Shown in pieces: positions 1-13,242 of a stretch of DNA of 64,000 nt. Location: NCBI GenBank assembly GCA_964016885.1, contig OZ024755.1:9858001-9922000 (forward strand), written 5' to 3'. How positions within the stretch are numbered: the stretch's first letter is position 1; each line of letters starts with the position of its first letter. This DNA comes from Eledone cirrhosa (taxonomy: Eukaryota). The notes beneath the pieces were generated by a model. That model saw only the letters and a list, made by a program, of their open reading frames with translations, was not told the origin of the DNA and ran no database searches. A program made the translations under genes and the position numbers.

Positions 1-217
1 ATGTTAATCATAGGGTCTTTTTTGAGGCCAATGTTTTCTAATTGGTTACTGTTCTTGATGTCAACCCTATTAGTCACCTCTTATAATTAACAAACCCACT
101 TAAATATATTTATACTAAATCATTACAGGAGGTTAAGAGTTAAGCTTTTTAGTTAGTTTTCATTATTTTGTTTATTTGATTGAATATAACAATTTCAATT
201 TCTTTTCTTTATTTCAG

Positions 218-303
218 GTTATAGCCAAACGTTTGTTACAATCTAAACAAACTATACCTCATTATTATTTATCTGTGGATGTCAAAATGGACAATGTTAT
301 AAG
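218..303 (+). CDS. DLAT: Dihydrolipoamide acetyltransferase (PDC-E2), internal exon; upstream exons lie outside the window
   Basis: tttcag acceptor, AG|gtaatt donor; [28 protein letters not shown] matches the start of the E2 catalytic domain. Confidence 0.93.
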
Positions 304-960
304 GTAATTAAATCGTATTTCAGTTATGGGTCATTATAAAAGTATTTCTATTACAATATAATGTAATGTGCAAGTAGAGAAAGTGGATGTTAAATGATGA
401 TGGCATTGACAAGTATTTTAAGACCATTTTCCCTGCTAGAGCAAAGTTTAGCCTTCTGGACTCTATAACAAATCCTTGGCAACTCTATTGGCTTTCACTT
501 CCTCCATCATCTTTAGTTATGTCTTTCTTGGTCTTCCTGTACATTCTTCCACATTCATTTCATTTCCATCACTCCTCTCACCCAGTTACTTTCATCCTTC
601 CTCAACACATCATTCAGCCATCTCATTCTATTTCTCTTCACAGCATTCATCACTGGCTCTCTCTTTCTCTCTCTATATATATCTATATATCTATATATAT
701 ATATAATATACACCTATTTAGAGAGAGAGGGAGTTATATATCTGTAAACCGTTAAAAATTGAAACAAATCTGCCTGAAATTGGGCCAAATTTACAAAAGT
801 AACTATTATTTTTTTAGCTCTGTGTTACTATTATTAATTGTTGGCCCTGTGCCTAAATTATAAATCCTTTTACTATGAAATGGAAGCATGAAAATAGCAG
901 AGAAATGATTGGAGATAATAATGTTTATACATTGTTTTTCTGTTTTGTATTTTGTTCCAG

Positions 961-1101
961 ATTGAGAAAAGAACTAAATGCAATACTTTCCAAACAAAAT
1001 ATAAAACTGTCAGTTAATGACTTTATTATTAAGGCTTCAGCATTGTCTTGTGTGAAAGTTCCAGAGGCCAATTCTTCTTGGATGGATACTGTCATTAGAC
1101 A
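961..1101 (+). CDS. DLAT: DLAT exon
   Basis: ttccag / gtaagt; [40 protein letters not shown]; phase 2-2 fits neighbours. Confidence 0.95.
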
Positions 1102-2091
1102 GTAAGTTTTTTTTTTTTTTTTTTTTCTATTTATTTGTTAAAGTATCGGATTAAATATCTTGCTGTTTATGTGTTCTGAGTTCAATAAATAACATATCAA
1201 TCTAGAGTGGTTGGCATTAGGAAGGGCTTCCAGCTGTAGAAACCTTGCCAAACAGTTGAAGACTCATCAGTTGTGTTAGACACCTACCTCAGTGTTGCTG
1301 CTACAATAAACTGCACCCAATACACTCTGTAAAGTTGGTGATGGAAAGGGCTTCCAGCTGTAGAAACCATACTAAATAATTGAGAGGACTTTTCAGTTAT
1401 GTGTAAGATATAACCTTCCTAGTGCTGGTGACATGATAAAATGCATCCAACTCATTGTGTATAATGTGAGAATCTATGTAAGAAAGATGTAGCTCTTGAC
1501 CCATCTCAGAGGTCAGTGACATTGATTACATATCAAATCTCCTTATCACTTTCTCACCCTTCCCTTTCGGCCAATTTTAAAATGTCTAAGACATGCTGTA
1601 TCATGACCTTGAATCTACTACCTGAGAATAGTTAGTTTAGAGTGGACTCTTCTAAAGATCCAAGGATCAGTTGATGTTACCTTGAGCAACACCTTAAGTC
1701 TGCTACCTGAGGTTAGTCACAGTCTGACAGGTTTTCAGTTATATCTATTTAATTTCACTTAGAAAGTTTATGTCAACTGATGTTATGGTACTTAGTAATA
1801 CTCCATACATGAAATATGTTTACACTATCCATTGATCCTTTACTCTGATGGCGTAATAGGAGTAGTATCATGACATACAGCATGTCTTGGGCATTTAAAC
1901 CTGGCAATTTCTTCCCGATAAATAGAAGAAAAGATAGAGAGGAAGGATCAACCCTATTATTGAAATGGTACTTTACCTTTCACCCTTTCAACACCAATAA
2001 ATATTAATTAATTTGATGATTGTGTATGTTTATATTTTAATGTCGAAATGTCAACATTTCAGTTTGTGATTGTATATATATTTATTTACAG

Positions 2092-2173
2092 ATATCACTC
2101 AGTAGACGTGTGTGTCGCTGTTGCAACTGACAATGGGCTTATCACACCAATTGTTACTAATGCAGACTCAAAA
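2092..2173 (+). CDS. DLAT: DLAT exon
   Basis: ttacag / gtaagt; YHSVDVCVAVATDNGLITPIVTNADSK. Confidence 0.95.
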
Positions 2174-2658
2174 GTAAGTGAAAATATGAGCTGATCTACT
2201 TTAACCTTTTCAGTAGCATATTATCTGAAGTTTAGGATAGTGGACTGGATGGATATAAGCACTTTAATCCTTTCGTTACCATATTTCTAATTTACTGCCT
2301 GGGATTTTAAAGTAATTTGGAAATTAACTTTATTAAGTTAGTGTTTGGAGCATAACTTAATGGTTCTTATATATAGTTATGATGGAAGGTTTTTAGATAA
2401 TATAAACACTTTAATCCTTTTGTTATCATATTTCTAATGGAAAACAGTGCTTCTGATTTTTAAAATGATGCAGAATTTGGAGGGATTTATTAATATAATC
2501 AACTTTCTTATTATTAAGCTGGTGTTTGGGGTGAATTGACTGAGTTGGGTTCAAAAGCTGGATATCCTTCCTTCCACTAATATTATATGTCCTAAGTATT
2601 ATAAATCAAATAATTTAGTATTCTAAGAAATGTTACCTTTTATTTGTTCTTGTTTCAG

Positions 2659-2739
2659 GGTCTTTCTTCTATCAGTAATGATGTACAGTCTTTGGCAGCT
2701 AAAGCCAAGGCAGGCAAATTACAACCAGCTGAATATCAG
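2659..2739 (+). CDS. DLAT: DLAT exon
   Basis: tttcag / gtaggg; GLSSISNDVQSLAAKAKAGKLQPAEYQ. Confidence 0.95.
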
Positions 2740-3344
2740 GTAGGGGAAATGTTTATAGAATTTTAAATATTTGTTTGAAAATACCAGATATGATACCTGG
2801 TCACTATGATCACCATCACTTTGAGACTGGTAAGGTTCTCCAACCTTGTCATGTTCCATATCTTTTATATGGTTTCTATGTACACTTTACTGAGTGTACT
2901 GGGTGCATTTTATTGTGGCACCAGCAATATCACTTTACGGAGTGTACTGAGTACATTTTATCACGACACTGGCACTATCTCTTTACAGAGAGACTAACAT
3001 TAGAGAAGTTTTCATAGCTTTGACAAGACTACAGAATTCCTTCTACCATATATTGTCTCCATTCAGTCACGACAATGTAGAGTAGACATGACTGAATGTA
3101 ACCAGTGTAGAGAAGACTGTTTAGTCTGAAATTAAATATAATTATGAGGAAAATACATTACTTTCATAAAATCCTATTTTTAAGAAATGTTCTGCTGTAA
3201 TTCACCCACACTTTCATAACTAGTCTAATAGTCTGTGATGTCTCAAATTTCAATCTAAAGTTAATTTACTCTTGCAAAATTCTGTTAACCAATTGTAATT
3301 ATATTAATAAATTTACATTTTCTCCCATTTGTTATGTTTACTAA

Positions 3345-3440
<96 letters not shown>

Positions 3441-3842
3441 TGATTTTAAAATTTATTCTTCCATTGTTCTACAATAAAGTAAACCTAGTCCTTTATCATC
3501 TTGTCTACATCTCACCTAATACTGAGTTCCTGGCTTTCATTTCTCCCTCCATCTTTAAGCCATGTTAATGGAACTGTAGAGGATGATGGGAATAGCCAGT
3601 GATGAATGGAATGAGATGATTGGGTCATGTGTTGATGAAAGTGTTTTAATAAATCTGATCTGAATGAATTGGAATTAGTGTATTAGCTGATTGAACTCTG
3701 AAGAATACATCTCCTGAAAGTCAACGGATGGTTTTGACTTCTAAAAATGGAACGAATATAAATCACTTTTGTAATTGCAGCAAAATTATGTATTATGCTT
3801 ATGTACTCAATAATTAAAATGTTCTTTTCTTTCCTAAATTAG

Positions 3843-3904
3843 GCTTGTATTTTAGCTGTTGGAGGTGCAGAGGAAAGACTTGTTGTGAGTGATTCAGAAG
3901 AAGG
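3843..3904 (+). CDS. DLAT: DLAT exon
   Basis: aattag / gttagt; ACILAVGGAEERLVVSDSEEG. Confidence 0.92.
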
Positions 3905-4789
3905 GTTAGTATTTTTATTTCTTGTGTCTGTAACTTACCATCATCATAATTTAATGTCTATTTTTCCCCCCCACTGACAAGAGTTGGATGAATTGTCATA
4001 AGTCAGTTCTTAGTAGAAACTACTGGCCTTTCAGATGGGGCAAAAGCCACATCCTGCATTCTACAGAATGAACCAGGTACGTTTTATCATAGCACCAGTA
4101 CTAGGGAGGTTGTCATGCCTTTAATGCTATTGAAGTCTCGTACTTATTTTATCAATTTCTTTGTAGAATTAAGTTATGGGACATAACCACTAACAATGGC
4201 ACACACACACACACATATGATGGGCTTCCACACAGTTTCCATCTGCCAAATATCGCTCACAAGGCATTAACTCAACCCAAGGCTATAATAGATATTTGTC
4301 CTAGGTGCATGTGGTGGTACTGAACCAAAACCACTTGGTTGCAAAGCTGACTCCTGAAACAAGACAGCTTTTCCTGTGTTTATATTCATAAATGTTAGAG
4401 AAGCCTCAGCTAAATGAGATTTATAATCCAAGTGAATAGACTTATGATTAAAATCTATAATGGCTGATCATCCTGTATTTTATTCAAGCAATTTATCTAG
4501 GACTGCATTATTCAAAATGTTCTCATTTTTAAACTAAGTTGCCCCTGATTTTACAAAATTAAGTTTTATAATTTAACCCTTTTGATATGAAATTGCTTCT
4601 GATTCTATAAAAACTATATATTCATCTAAAAACCTTCCATCATAATTTTATGTGAGAACCTTTAAGTTATCCTAAAAACACCAGCTCAATAATGAGGGAG
4701 TTAGTTATATTAATAAATCTTTCCAAATTCTTGAATATTATCAAAATGATTTGTAAATTGTAGTGTTTTTCATCTAGCTGGGCAGTGAA

Positions 4790-5280
4790 AACACATGTCT
4801 GGCCCTCAACAGTCAGTGTTGCCTAGAGCCCAGGTCAGTTTTAAGACTCAGTTCACTTCTGCCGCAGTTCACTTGCGACGCATGAGGCAATCATGGTGTT
4901 CCATCGCATTCGGTCAGCAGCCAGTTGCACAGCGTCCCGCCATTCTGGGTCGCCCTCTCCATCCCTGCGGGCTCCATTTAAGTACTTGGTTCGCCGGACT
5001 CTCTGGGGGAAGTCTCAAAGCGTCGCTTGCAGATGGTAGAAGAGACTAGCTGCTGGTTGGTGCGGTTCCTGACTTCCTGGTTTGTTACATGGTCACTCCA
5101 TTTAATCCCCAGGATCTTTCGCAGACATCTGGAATCGAATGCGTCCAACTTCTCTTGGCTGATATGTTTCACTTTCGTACAAGAGTGTGGACAGCACGTT
5201 GCTGTTGTAGAATCTCATCTTTGTTTTGAGGGTGAACTCCTGCTCTTCCAGATCTTGTCATGCTGAAGCCTTTCCTATTC
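4790..5280 (-). mobile_element. 5'-truncated RTE-type LINE fragment in a DLAT intron
   Basis: KLDAFDSRCLRKILGIKWSDHVTNQEVRNRT and upstream TKMRFYNSNVLSTLLY are typical of the RTE ORF2 C-terminus; GC-richer than flanks. Confidence 0.85.
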
Positions 5281-5343
5281 TACATTGCAGTTCAAGCTTT
5301 ATATCAATTATACTGTTTTGTTCTTACTTTTATTTTGTAACAG

Positions 5344-5473
5344 ATACAGTATTGCCAGTGTTATGAGTGTAACTCTCAGTTGTGATCATCGAGTGGTGGA
5401 TGGTGCTGTTGGTGCTCAGTGGTTGGCTGAATTTAAACGTTACTTGGAGACTCCAGAAACAATGATGTTATAA
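5344..5473 (+). CDS. DLAT: DLAT last coding exon
   Basis: taacag acceptor; [36 protein letters not shown], with the catalytic DHRxxDG motif. Confidence 0.97.
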
Positions 5474-6444
5474 AGAAAGAACCATTAACAAATTGTAATT
5501 ATGAGAAGAATGGAACCAGGATCTTGCTGGCATCACCCTAGAGTTATACCCAGACTTGTTTTGTAGTATCCCAATATATTGGCCAGGATGAAGAAATCAA
5601 ACAGAAAAATGTATATTTTTCATCATTTTCTATATAATTGATTTCTCCACTGAAAGAGGGGAAACAAAGACAATGATCTTCTGAGAAATAAGATCATAAA
5701 GGAGCCCAACACTTAAGTTAATAAATTTGTTATTGGGAATTCTGAAGTTCTTTAAATTTATTTTTTGTCTGCTTTACATGAATGGCTTGGGTTTGTCATG
5801 GTCAGAGATCTCGCCTTGCTGATGCATCCTATATGACATGGTTTCTACAGCTAGATGCCTTTGAGTGTACTGGGTGTACTTTATGGCACCAGCACTAGAG
5901 TGGTTGCCATATTCACAGCCAGACTAAAAATCCTCTCTACCTTACATTGTAAAGTAGATGGTGATCAAATGGAAACAGTTCAGTATGTACTGAGTGTGGT
6001 TGTTGTTTGGCCAGACTGGTGAGTCCTCTCTAGTCAATATATTGTCATCCACTTTACAGATTGTACTGGATGCATTTTATCATGGCACCAATACTAGAGA
6101 AGTTGAGATTCTTGATAAGGGCCAGAAGGTCCTCTACTTCGTTGTTTCTGAATGTTCACTCACTGATTAAACAATGCACGCATTTACACACAAAGATAAG
6201 AAAATTACAGAACTAATTTATTTTTTTTAAAAATCATGTGTACGACTAAAAGTAAAATTTTATTTGTTCATTATTTCAAGTAAGAACTTTCATTGTTCAA
6301 GAGATAAATTGATTTGGTTTTCTTTTATCTGTACTGATTAAATAGATGAGTGAGACAACAAACTTGTGTTAGTATTTTGCTGTGAATGTAGAGATCAAAG
6401 ACAAATTAAGAATAAATTAAATTGAAATCCTAGGTAAAACTTGG

Positions 6445-6510
6445 TCAGACAATTTTGGTTAGGACATCTGAATAATTTGTCAAGGCACTTGTACTCCGCC
6501 ATTTAGAAAC
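6445..6510 (-). CDS. ABHD13: ABHD13 probable last coding exon
   Basis: Strong polypyrimidine acceptor (ttttctcccttcaaattttcag), phase 0, VSKWRSTSALTNYSDVLTKIV*; no homology support for this tail. Confidence 0.7.
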   Translation of the reverse strand, partial: VSKWRSTSALTNYSDVLTKIV

Positions 6511-6861
6511 CTGAAAATTTGAAGGGAGAAAATTAGATTTGTAGAAATGACATTCAAAAATATTTTAAACAAAAGTAGTTGACTTAACCTGGCCAGAATT
6601 CTCTCACCTCTTTCTGTTCAAACTGGCCATAACCAGCCACTCACACTGATGTTAAGGTATTATCAAAATCAGATTCAATATGTGAGGTAAAGCCTTTACC
6701 ATGAAAATATAATAGTAAATATAGAATAATGGAAATGCTAAAGGGTTAAGCAATAGGGGGGGGGGGGAAATTGAAATACAGTCAGTCAAACATAAATGAC
6801 TTTAGAAATAAGTCCAGTAAAAATCAGGTAAAATAACCCTGGAGATGGCCATAAAAGACGT

Positions 6862-6913
<52 letters not shown>

Positions 6914-7311
6914 TCCAGAGTTACTTTACCTGATTATTTAGTAATAGACTGCACGTGTGAAAAGTACCATGATTTATGGGAGCAAGATAGAGGTGAGAAT
7001 GGATGAGTGGAGTATCAATTAGAGAGAGGAAGGTAAACAGTATTGCAGAGTATGATGGTAAATAACATGAGATAGTTAAGTCATGCTGAGGTAGGATAAA
7101 AGTGATAAATGGTTGGATCATGTGTTGCGGAAGGATGAATCGGGAAGGAAGAAATCAGGAGGTTAGTGAGGGTATGCAGTTGATAGGGAAAGACGGAGAA
7201 GCTTGTCATGAGGCCTGCAAGGCTAACCTCTGCCTTAGCAGTAAAGATGGTTTTATTGTTGTTGTAAACACACAATACACATGAAATCTAAAAGGAAGAA
7301 AAATTGCTTAC

Positions 7312-7422
7312 TTCGGCTATGAAATTTAAAATACATTCATAATAGCCAGGACACAGCCAGGTTTCATTGTGGGTTCCATTGTCAAACAAAGCCATCCGTT
7401 TCAAAGGAGAATTCACAGTTGA
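7312..7422 (-). CDS. ABHD13: ABHD13 exon 6 (not in the ORF track)
   Basis: ttacag / gtaagc; LKRMALFDNGTHNETWLCPGYYECILNFIAE, with catalytic His in GTHNETW. Confidence 0.94.
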
Positions 7423-8023
7423 CTGTAAGATAAATGTTAATTAATCATTTAAAATTTTGTTTTGTTACTGTATATACTTGTGTATATCATGACATGAAAA
7501 ACCAGCATACAACTCTATTGTATTTACAAAACATCAATACTAAATATACATTTGTAAATGTATGTCAAATAAAGATGCGACTTATCTTTCAGTGTGACTT
7601 ATTTACCAGTGCAACTTATACTCTACCATTATTTAGCAGTAGCACTAACAGTGTGGTTCATAACAGGTGTATATGAAGGTATATACAATATATTTTCATC
7701 ATCATGTAATGTCTGCTTTCCCTGCTAGCAATGGATGGATAGGTCTTCATAGATCAACTCAGTGCTGAAGTAGGGCTACTGACCTCTCATATAATAATAA
7801 ACATACAAGGCATCATCACAGCTTAAAACATTCATAGTGTATTATACATGAACATATTGTATATACCTCTATTAATGCAAGTATACACAGTATTTATAAA
7901 GTTAACAATAGCCAATCATGTGTGGAACTAGGTTTTTAAAGAACTGTTAACACAGTACAACAGTTTACTACAAAAGCAACCTAAAACAATGGAAGGTAAA
8001 TATATTTTAGGATGAAAGCTCAC

Positions 8024-8128
8024 CTCAAACAACATCTTCATCATTCTTGGTGGAATGAGATTGTCAGTTAGTCCTGATAAATACATAACTGGAACTGTGA
8101 TCTTGGACACTCGTTTAATGGATGGAAA
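8024..8128 (-). CDS. ABHD13: ABHD13 exon 5
   Basis: attcag / gtgagc; FPSIKRVSKITVPVMYLSGLTDNLIPPRMMKMLFE, contains the expected catalytic Asp. Confidence 0.94.
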
Positions 8129-8472
8129 CTGAATGAAAGAAAAACATAACAGCTATATATTGTATGTACATCAACTAAGAGTATATACTCTAATACTGAT
8201 TATACATTAACAAACTATATACTGTAATACTGTATATACACCAACTAAAGCTATATACTGTAATAGTGTAAATATACATTAACGAAATCTGTATACTATA
8301 TTGTATATATATATATTAATTAAAGCTATACCTCAAGCTGTAATAGAGAGCTTTGAAATGATTCTCTATAATTTGTTCAAAAAACAGAAAGCTATTCTAA
8401 GCCTGACATCATGGAAAACTGACATATAATGATGGATTATTAGCCAATAGAATATATTTATAAAAGACTTAC

Positions 8473-8726
8473 TTGATTTTTAAAGCACCAATATGGTAGA
8501 AGTCCAATTACAGGTATACCAATAACAACAGCTCCAATTTCTGGCAGTGACGTAAAAGTATTCTCTATAAACACTGAATGTATATGTTGGCTGTAGTAAG
8601 GATGAGAAGCAAGATATATTGCCACTGCACCTCCAAGTGACCGACCAAAAACTACAATTTTATCTCGTGATATTTGTGAATGTCGTAAGAGAAAGTCCAT
8701 TGCAACCTCAGCATCTTGGTATAAAC
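8473..8726 (-). CDS. ABHD13: ABHD13 exon 4
   Basis: tgtcag / gtaagt; GRSLGG nucleophile elbow and ENTFTS motif. Confidence 0.96.
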
Positions 8727-8755
8727 CTGACAATGAGATATATAAAAAAATGGTG

Positions 8756-9095
8756 TTAACTCTTAATGCCCTGTACCACAACAAGACATTCTTAAAAAGT
8801 ACAAAACAGAACTATGACTGTATCACATTTAATATTCAAGTTTTTATTCTAATACTGCAATTTTTCACAAACATCTGTTCATTAATAAACATACTATAAA
8901 CATTTGAATTAACAAGCCATATGAAACTGCATTAGAAAGACATTCTTGAAAGGTACAGAACAACGTGACATTCAAAATTAAAATCTTTATTCTAATACTG
9001 CAATTTTCCATTAATAAAGATACTATAAACATTTGAATTAAGAAGCCTGTTTCTAAATATTTTCTGCTAAATCATTGCAGGGTGTTAAGACTTAA
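8756..9095. mobile_element. TTAA-flanked (piggyBac-like) MITE in an ABHD13 intron
   Basis: ttaa-ctcttaatgccctgt ... gcagggtgttaagac-ttaa imperfect TIRs; internal duplication. Confidence 0.6.
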
Positions 9096-9322
9096 TATAC
9101 TTTACATTATATGTAGGGCTTGTGTCTTGGTATGTAGAGCCATACAATGTGTCCTCCCCCTCTCCCAGTTAGGTGTCCCCTTTCTCCTAAATTATATGAT
9201 TTCAACATAAAACATTCAACCATTAACTGAATGAGCACTCAATACAAGTGAGCACAGTATAAGATATATTTTTTCAAAGAATATATTATCTATATTTATA
9301 TAATATATTTACAATGACTTAC

Positions 9323-9423
9323 CTGTTTCTGATGGAGATCCTTGACTCTTTCCATAGCCTCTGTATTCGACCATGAGGACATTACAACCAAGACTAGTAT
9401 ATAACCCATATGCATTCATCAAA
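9323..9423 (-). CDS. ABHD13: ABHD13 exon 3 (not in the ORF track)
   Basis: tttcag / gtaagt; LMNAYGLYTSLGCNVLMVEYRGYGKSQGSPSETG. Confidence 0.95.
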
Positions 9424-9589
9424 CTGAAATAACAAAGAAAAAGTTCACTGTCATCCTCTACTGCATGAATCTGCTTCAGCAAGACATTCTCAAAATGTAT
9501 AAATCAGCAATATAATTGCCTCACATTAAATACTGAAGTCTTTACTTTAATACTGCAAGTTTTCACAATGGTTTGCTCACTAGTAAAGA

Positions 9590-9990
9590 TATCTTCTTCT
9601 TTGCCTACTTATTCCTGGGAGGGTCATGGGTGCAGAGTCCTCAAGCACGCTTTCTAGTGGGTCCTGTCAGAAGCAACCGTCTCCAAGTGATCAGGCTGGA
9701 TCCCCAAGCAAGACCAGCTGAGCTCATGGATGTTATCCAACCAACTTGCTTGGGGGGTCTTCCCCTAGATCTCCTACTCGTTGGTTTTTGCCCGTAAAAT
9801 CTGTCAGGTGATTCTATCCTGAGACATTCTAACCACATGTCCATAGTATTGAAGTTGTGATCTCTCAATTTAGAGAATAAGCGGCTCTACTTAGAACAAC
9901 TCTCTGATTTCTGAGCCATGCACTCTATCAAGTAACGTTACTCCAAAGACTCTTTGAAGGAACCCAATTTCAGTTGCTTGTATTCTTTTG
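9590..9990 (-). mobile_element. RTE-type LINE 3' fragment; same family at 60500-60762 (+) and 62705-62865 (-)
   Basis: Shared KPTSRRxRGR..RWLDNIHEL segment; the 60.5 kb copy ends in an (AAG)n tail. Confidence 0.8.
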
Positions 9991-10228
9991 ATAGATAGAC
10001 AATTAGGCATATCAATAAAGAGATAAATGTTGTTTTTTTTTTATTGTCCTAAGATAAATAACTAAAAATAGTAGCAGTTGACCACTAACCCGCTTAACAC
10101 TGTAATAGAGAGAAAGCTAGGTAGGGAGGAAGATATTAAATTACTATTATCCTGTGTTTTCTTATGATTACAGGATGTTAAGAGTTAGAAGAGTAAGAGA
10201 TATAAGATAAAACAAAGTGATTACATAC

Positions 10229-10460
10229 CGGTGACCTATGTTTCCAGCATTTCCATGGAAAAATATCACAGTAGAAGCAGTCACAGAAGAATAGCTGGGT
10301 TGTTTGATAAGTACAACATGTATACTGGTGCCATCTTTTGTCTGGAGATAGCTACTTTCAAATGGCAGTTTAAGCAGGCTAGGCATATCAACATAGATTC
10401 TAGCATTTCGTGGTTGCTGAGGGTAATATATTAACATATCCTGCCCATGATACAACAAGC
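10229..10460 (-). CDS. ABHD13: ABHD13 exon 2
   Basis: ttccag / gtatgt; LYHGQDMLIYYPQQPRNAR...TKDG...FFHGNAGNIGHR, typical of the ABHD13/Bem46 family. Confidence 0.95.
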
Positions 10461-12077
10461 CTGGAAAAAAGAAAATTAAAAAGAAAATTAAAAAAAAAAT
10501 TAAACTTAATTGTAATAGGTCTAATTTATAATTGAAAACTTTTTTTTAGAGTTAATTGTCATCATCATCACCGTTTTATGTCTATTTTCCTTGGTTGGAT
10601 GGGTTGTCATGTTTTAGGCTAGACAGGTCATATGACTGCGTCTCACTTATACATTCTACTTTGGCATGTCTCCAACCACTTGACAAAGTGAGCTGGATGC
10701 ATTTTATTGTGGAACCGGCACCACCACTTTGCAGTGGGCCGAGTGCATTTTATCATGGAACCAGTACTACCACTTGACAGGGTTGACCAGATGTATTTTA
10801 TTGTGGAACCAGTCCTATCATGTTGATGTTGTTAGACCTCACACCTATATAGCTTTAGCTGGCCTCCTACAAGGTTTCTTGGATGTTTTAATGATAGGGA
10901 CCCCAGTCCTATAATGTTGTTGTTACAGCTCACATCTATATAGCTTTATATGGTCTTCTATGAGGTTTCTCAAGTGTTTTAATGATAGGAGCACTAGTCG
11001 TATCCTGAAATGACTGAAGGTCAGTCTGTTGAAAGGGTTAACCACTAGCTGCTGTTGGCACTCATTTATTTTTCAGCTGAGTGAATTGGAACAATGTGAA
11101 ATTAAGTATCTTCTTCAAAAACACAATGCATTGCCTGATCCAGGAATCAAACCCACAACCTTATAATTGAGAGTCCAACACCCTAACCACTAAGTCACAT
11201 GCCTTCCCTCATTACAAATGCTAGGCTTAACAACTTAACCTCTGGTGGCTTCTTAATGAAACAGTCAATATTGCATTGCAGATGTTGGTTTCTTTTCAGG
11301 ATCAGAAAATACTCCAACTAGTCTAGCTGTCAGCACATTCAATTGTACAGTCAGTTATGTAACCATGTGAAAGACATGATTGTTCGTCTATCATCACAGC
11401 TTTGTTGGAAAAACCCTGTAATTAAGTCACAACCAGCTGCTGACTGTTTCCAAAAGCTGGCATCAGTAAGATATCTAACTGAATAAATATAAACAATAAA
11501 ACATTGTCTGGAGAGACTCACGTCTTCATTTCACATGGGAATAATATCAGTGCACCAGCATGGCCACAGAGCACTGGTCAAAACCAAAAGCACACAAGGT
11601 TCTAATTCCCCCTGCACTCATATATCATAGATAGTGACCTATAACAGAAACACTCAGATGTATTTTTGATTACATTCAAGAAAAAGCCATCTGCTTGATA
11701 GGTCAGCTTAACCTTTCATTCTTTCAGGGTCGATAAATAAAGTACTAGCCCATGGGACAATGGACTGGCAGAATTGTTAAAGAGATGGACAGTATGTTTT
11801 GTGCTCTCATCTAGCTCTGTATGATCTGAGTTCAAATCCAGCAGCCTCCTTCTGCAATCAACAAACTGACTAAATGAGTTGGCAACAAGAAGGGCATTTG
11901 GCTAAAAAACATTGCATGAAAAAGGACCCCATGATGAGTGTAATAACAAATCTACTCTGATTCACATACTAAAAATGTTTCAGTCTTAAAACATGACTGA
12001 AAGCTTAAGCTCTCTGCCTCTTGTCAAACTGATTTGTTTGAATTCCAAACTTAATCTGATAATACTGACCGACCAGG

Positions 12078-12118
<41 letters not shown>

Positions 12119-13079
12119 TATATATATACATACCGAGAGAGAGATGGAGAGAAAGAGAGAGAGGGAGAGAAAGCCAAATATAGGAACAATTAAAAAGACA
12201 AAAGAAAAAAGATTCATTGATCATCTGCTGAATATAGTGAAGCCAATCAAGTAGATAATAACTAATCTCTAGCTGGTTTTATACATCAATCAATCGCTGG
12301 TGCAAATTGATAACAAGCTGATTTATAGCTTTACTTTACTACACAAGTATTGGCACATTGAAAATAACAGGATTTATGTATTATTATCATTCAATAGTAA
12401 TTACGAATCAACCCAACCTTGCTATAAACTCCCTGTTTTATCAATATTTGTATTGTAAAGACAATAAACAACAAAGGTCATTGGAATTATATACAATTAA
12501 CTACTACAAAAGTCATAATTTAACACTAATATTTGTTTGATAGCTCGACTGGGTTCCCACCTACCCACAGGTAGGTGGGTGGTTAACACTAAATATTTTT
12601 TTTAATGTTTTATATCATATGTTTTATAAATAATTTTATACTTATTTCATGTTTCATCAAATTAACCTGTTTATGCAACCACCCTCATTTATTATCATTA
12701 TTATTATTATTTTTATTGATTCCTTATGGGATCAATAAAATAAAGTACCAGTAACAGACTGGGTTGATTTAATTGACTTTCTCCTTCCCCCAAAATTGTT
12801 GGCCTTGTGCCTAAATCAGAAATTATTATTTCTTTAAATCCCTGGAGCTCAATCTCAAGACAAAGTATATCATTAGTAAGACGAGAGTGGATCAACAAAA
12901 ATGATAGAATAGTGCTGGTTCTCAAGTTCAAATCCTTCAGAGGTCACTTTACCTTTCATCTTTCTGGAGTCATAAAATAAGTGTTAATCAAATACGGTGG
13001 TTGATTTAACCCTTTTGACACCAACCTGTCTAAAACCACCCCTGATTCGATGATACAAAACTATCTTCCATTATAATTT

Positions 13080-13242
13080 GGTGGTATCGGTCGAGGGTCG
13101 GATATCATGCTTTCCAGCATAGTTACGGTCTGAGTTCAAATCCCGCCGAGGTTAACTTTGCCTTTCATCCTTACAGGGTCGATAAAATAAAGTACCAGTA
13201 ATGTACTGGGTAATTGATGGCCTTGTGCCAAAAGTGGAAACA
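13080..13242 (+). mobile_element. SINE inserted into an older TTAA-type MITE
   Basis: Same core as the 58865 copy; TSD ATTATAATTT at 13070-13079 and 13243-13252. Confidence 0.8.
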
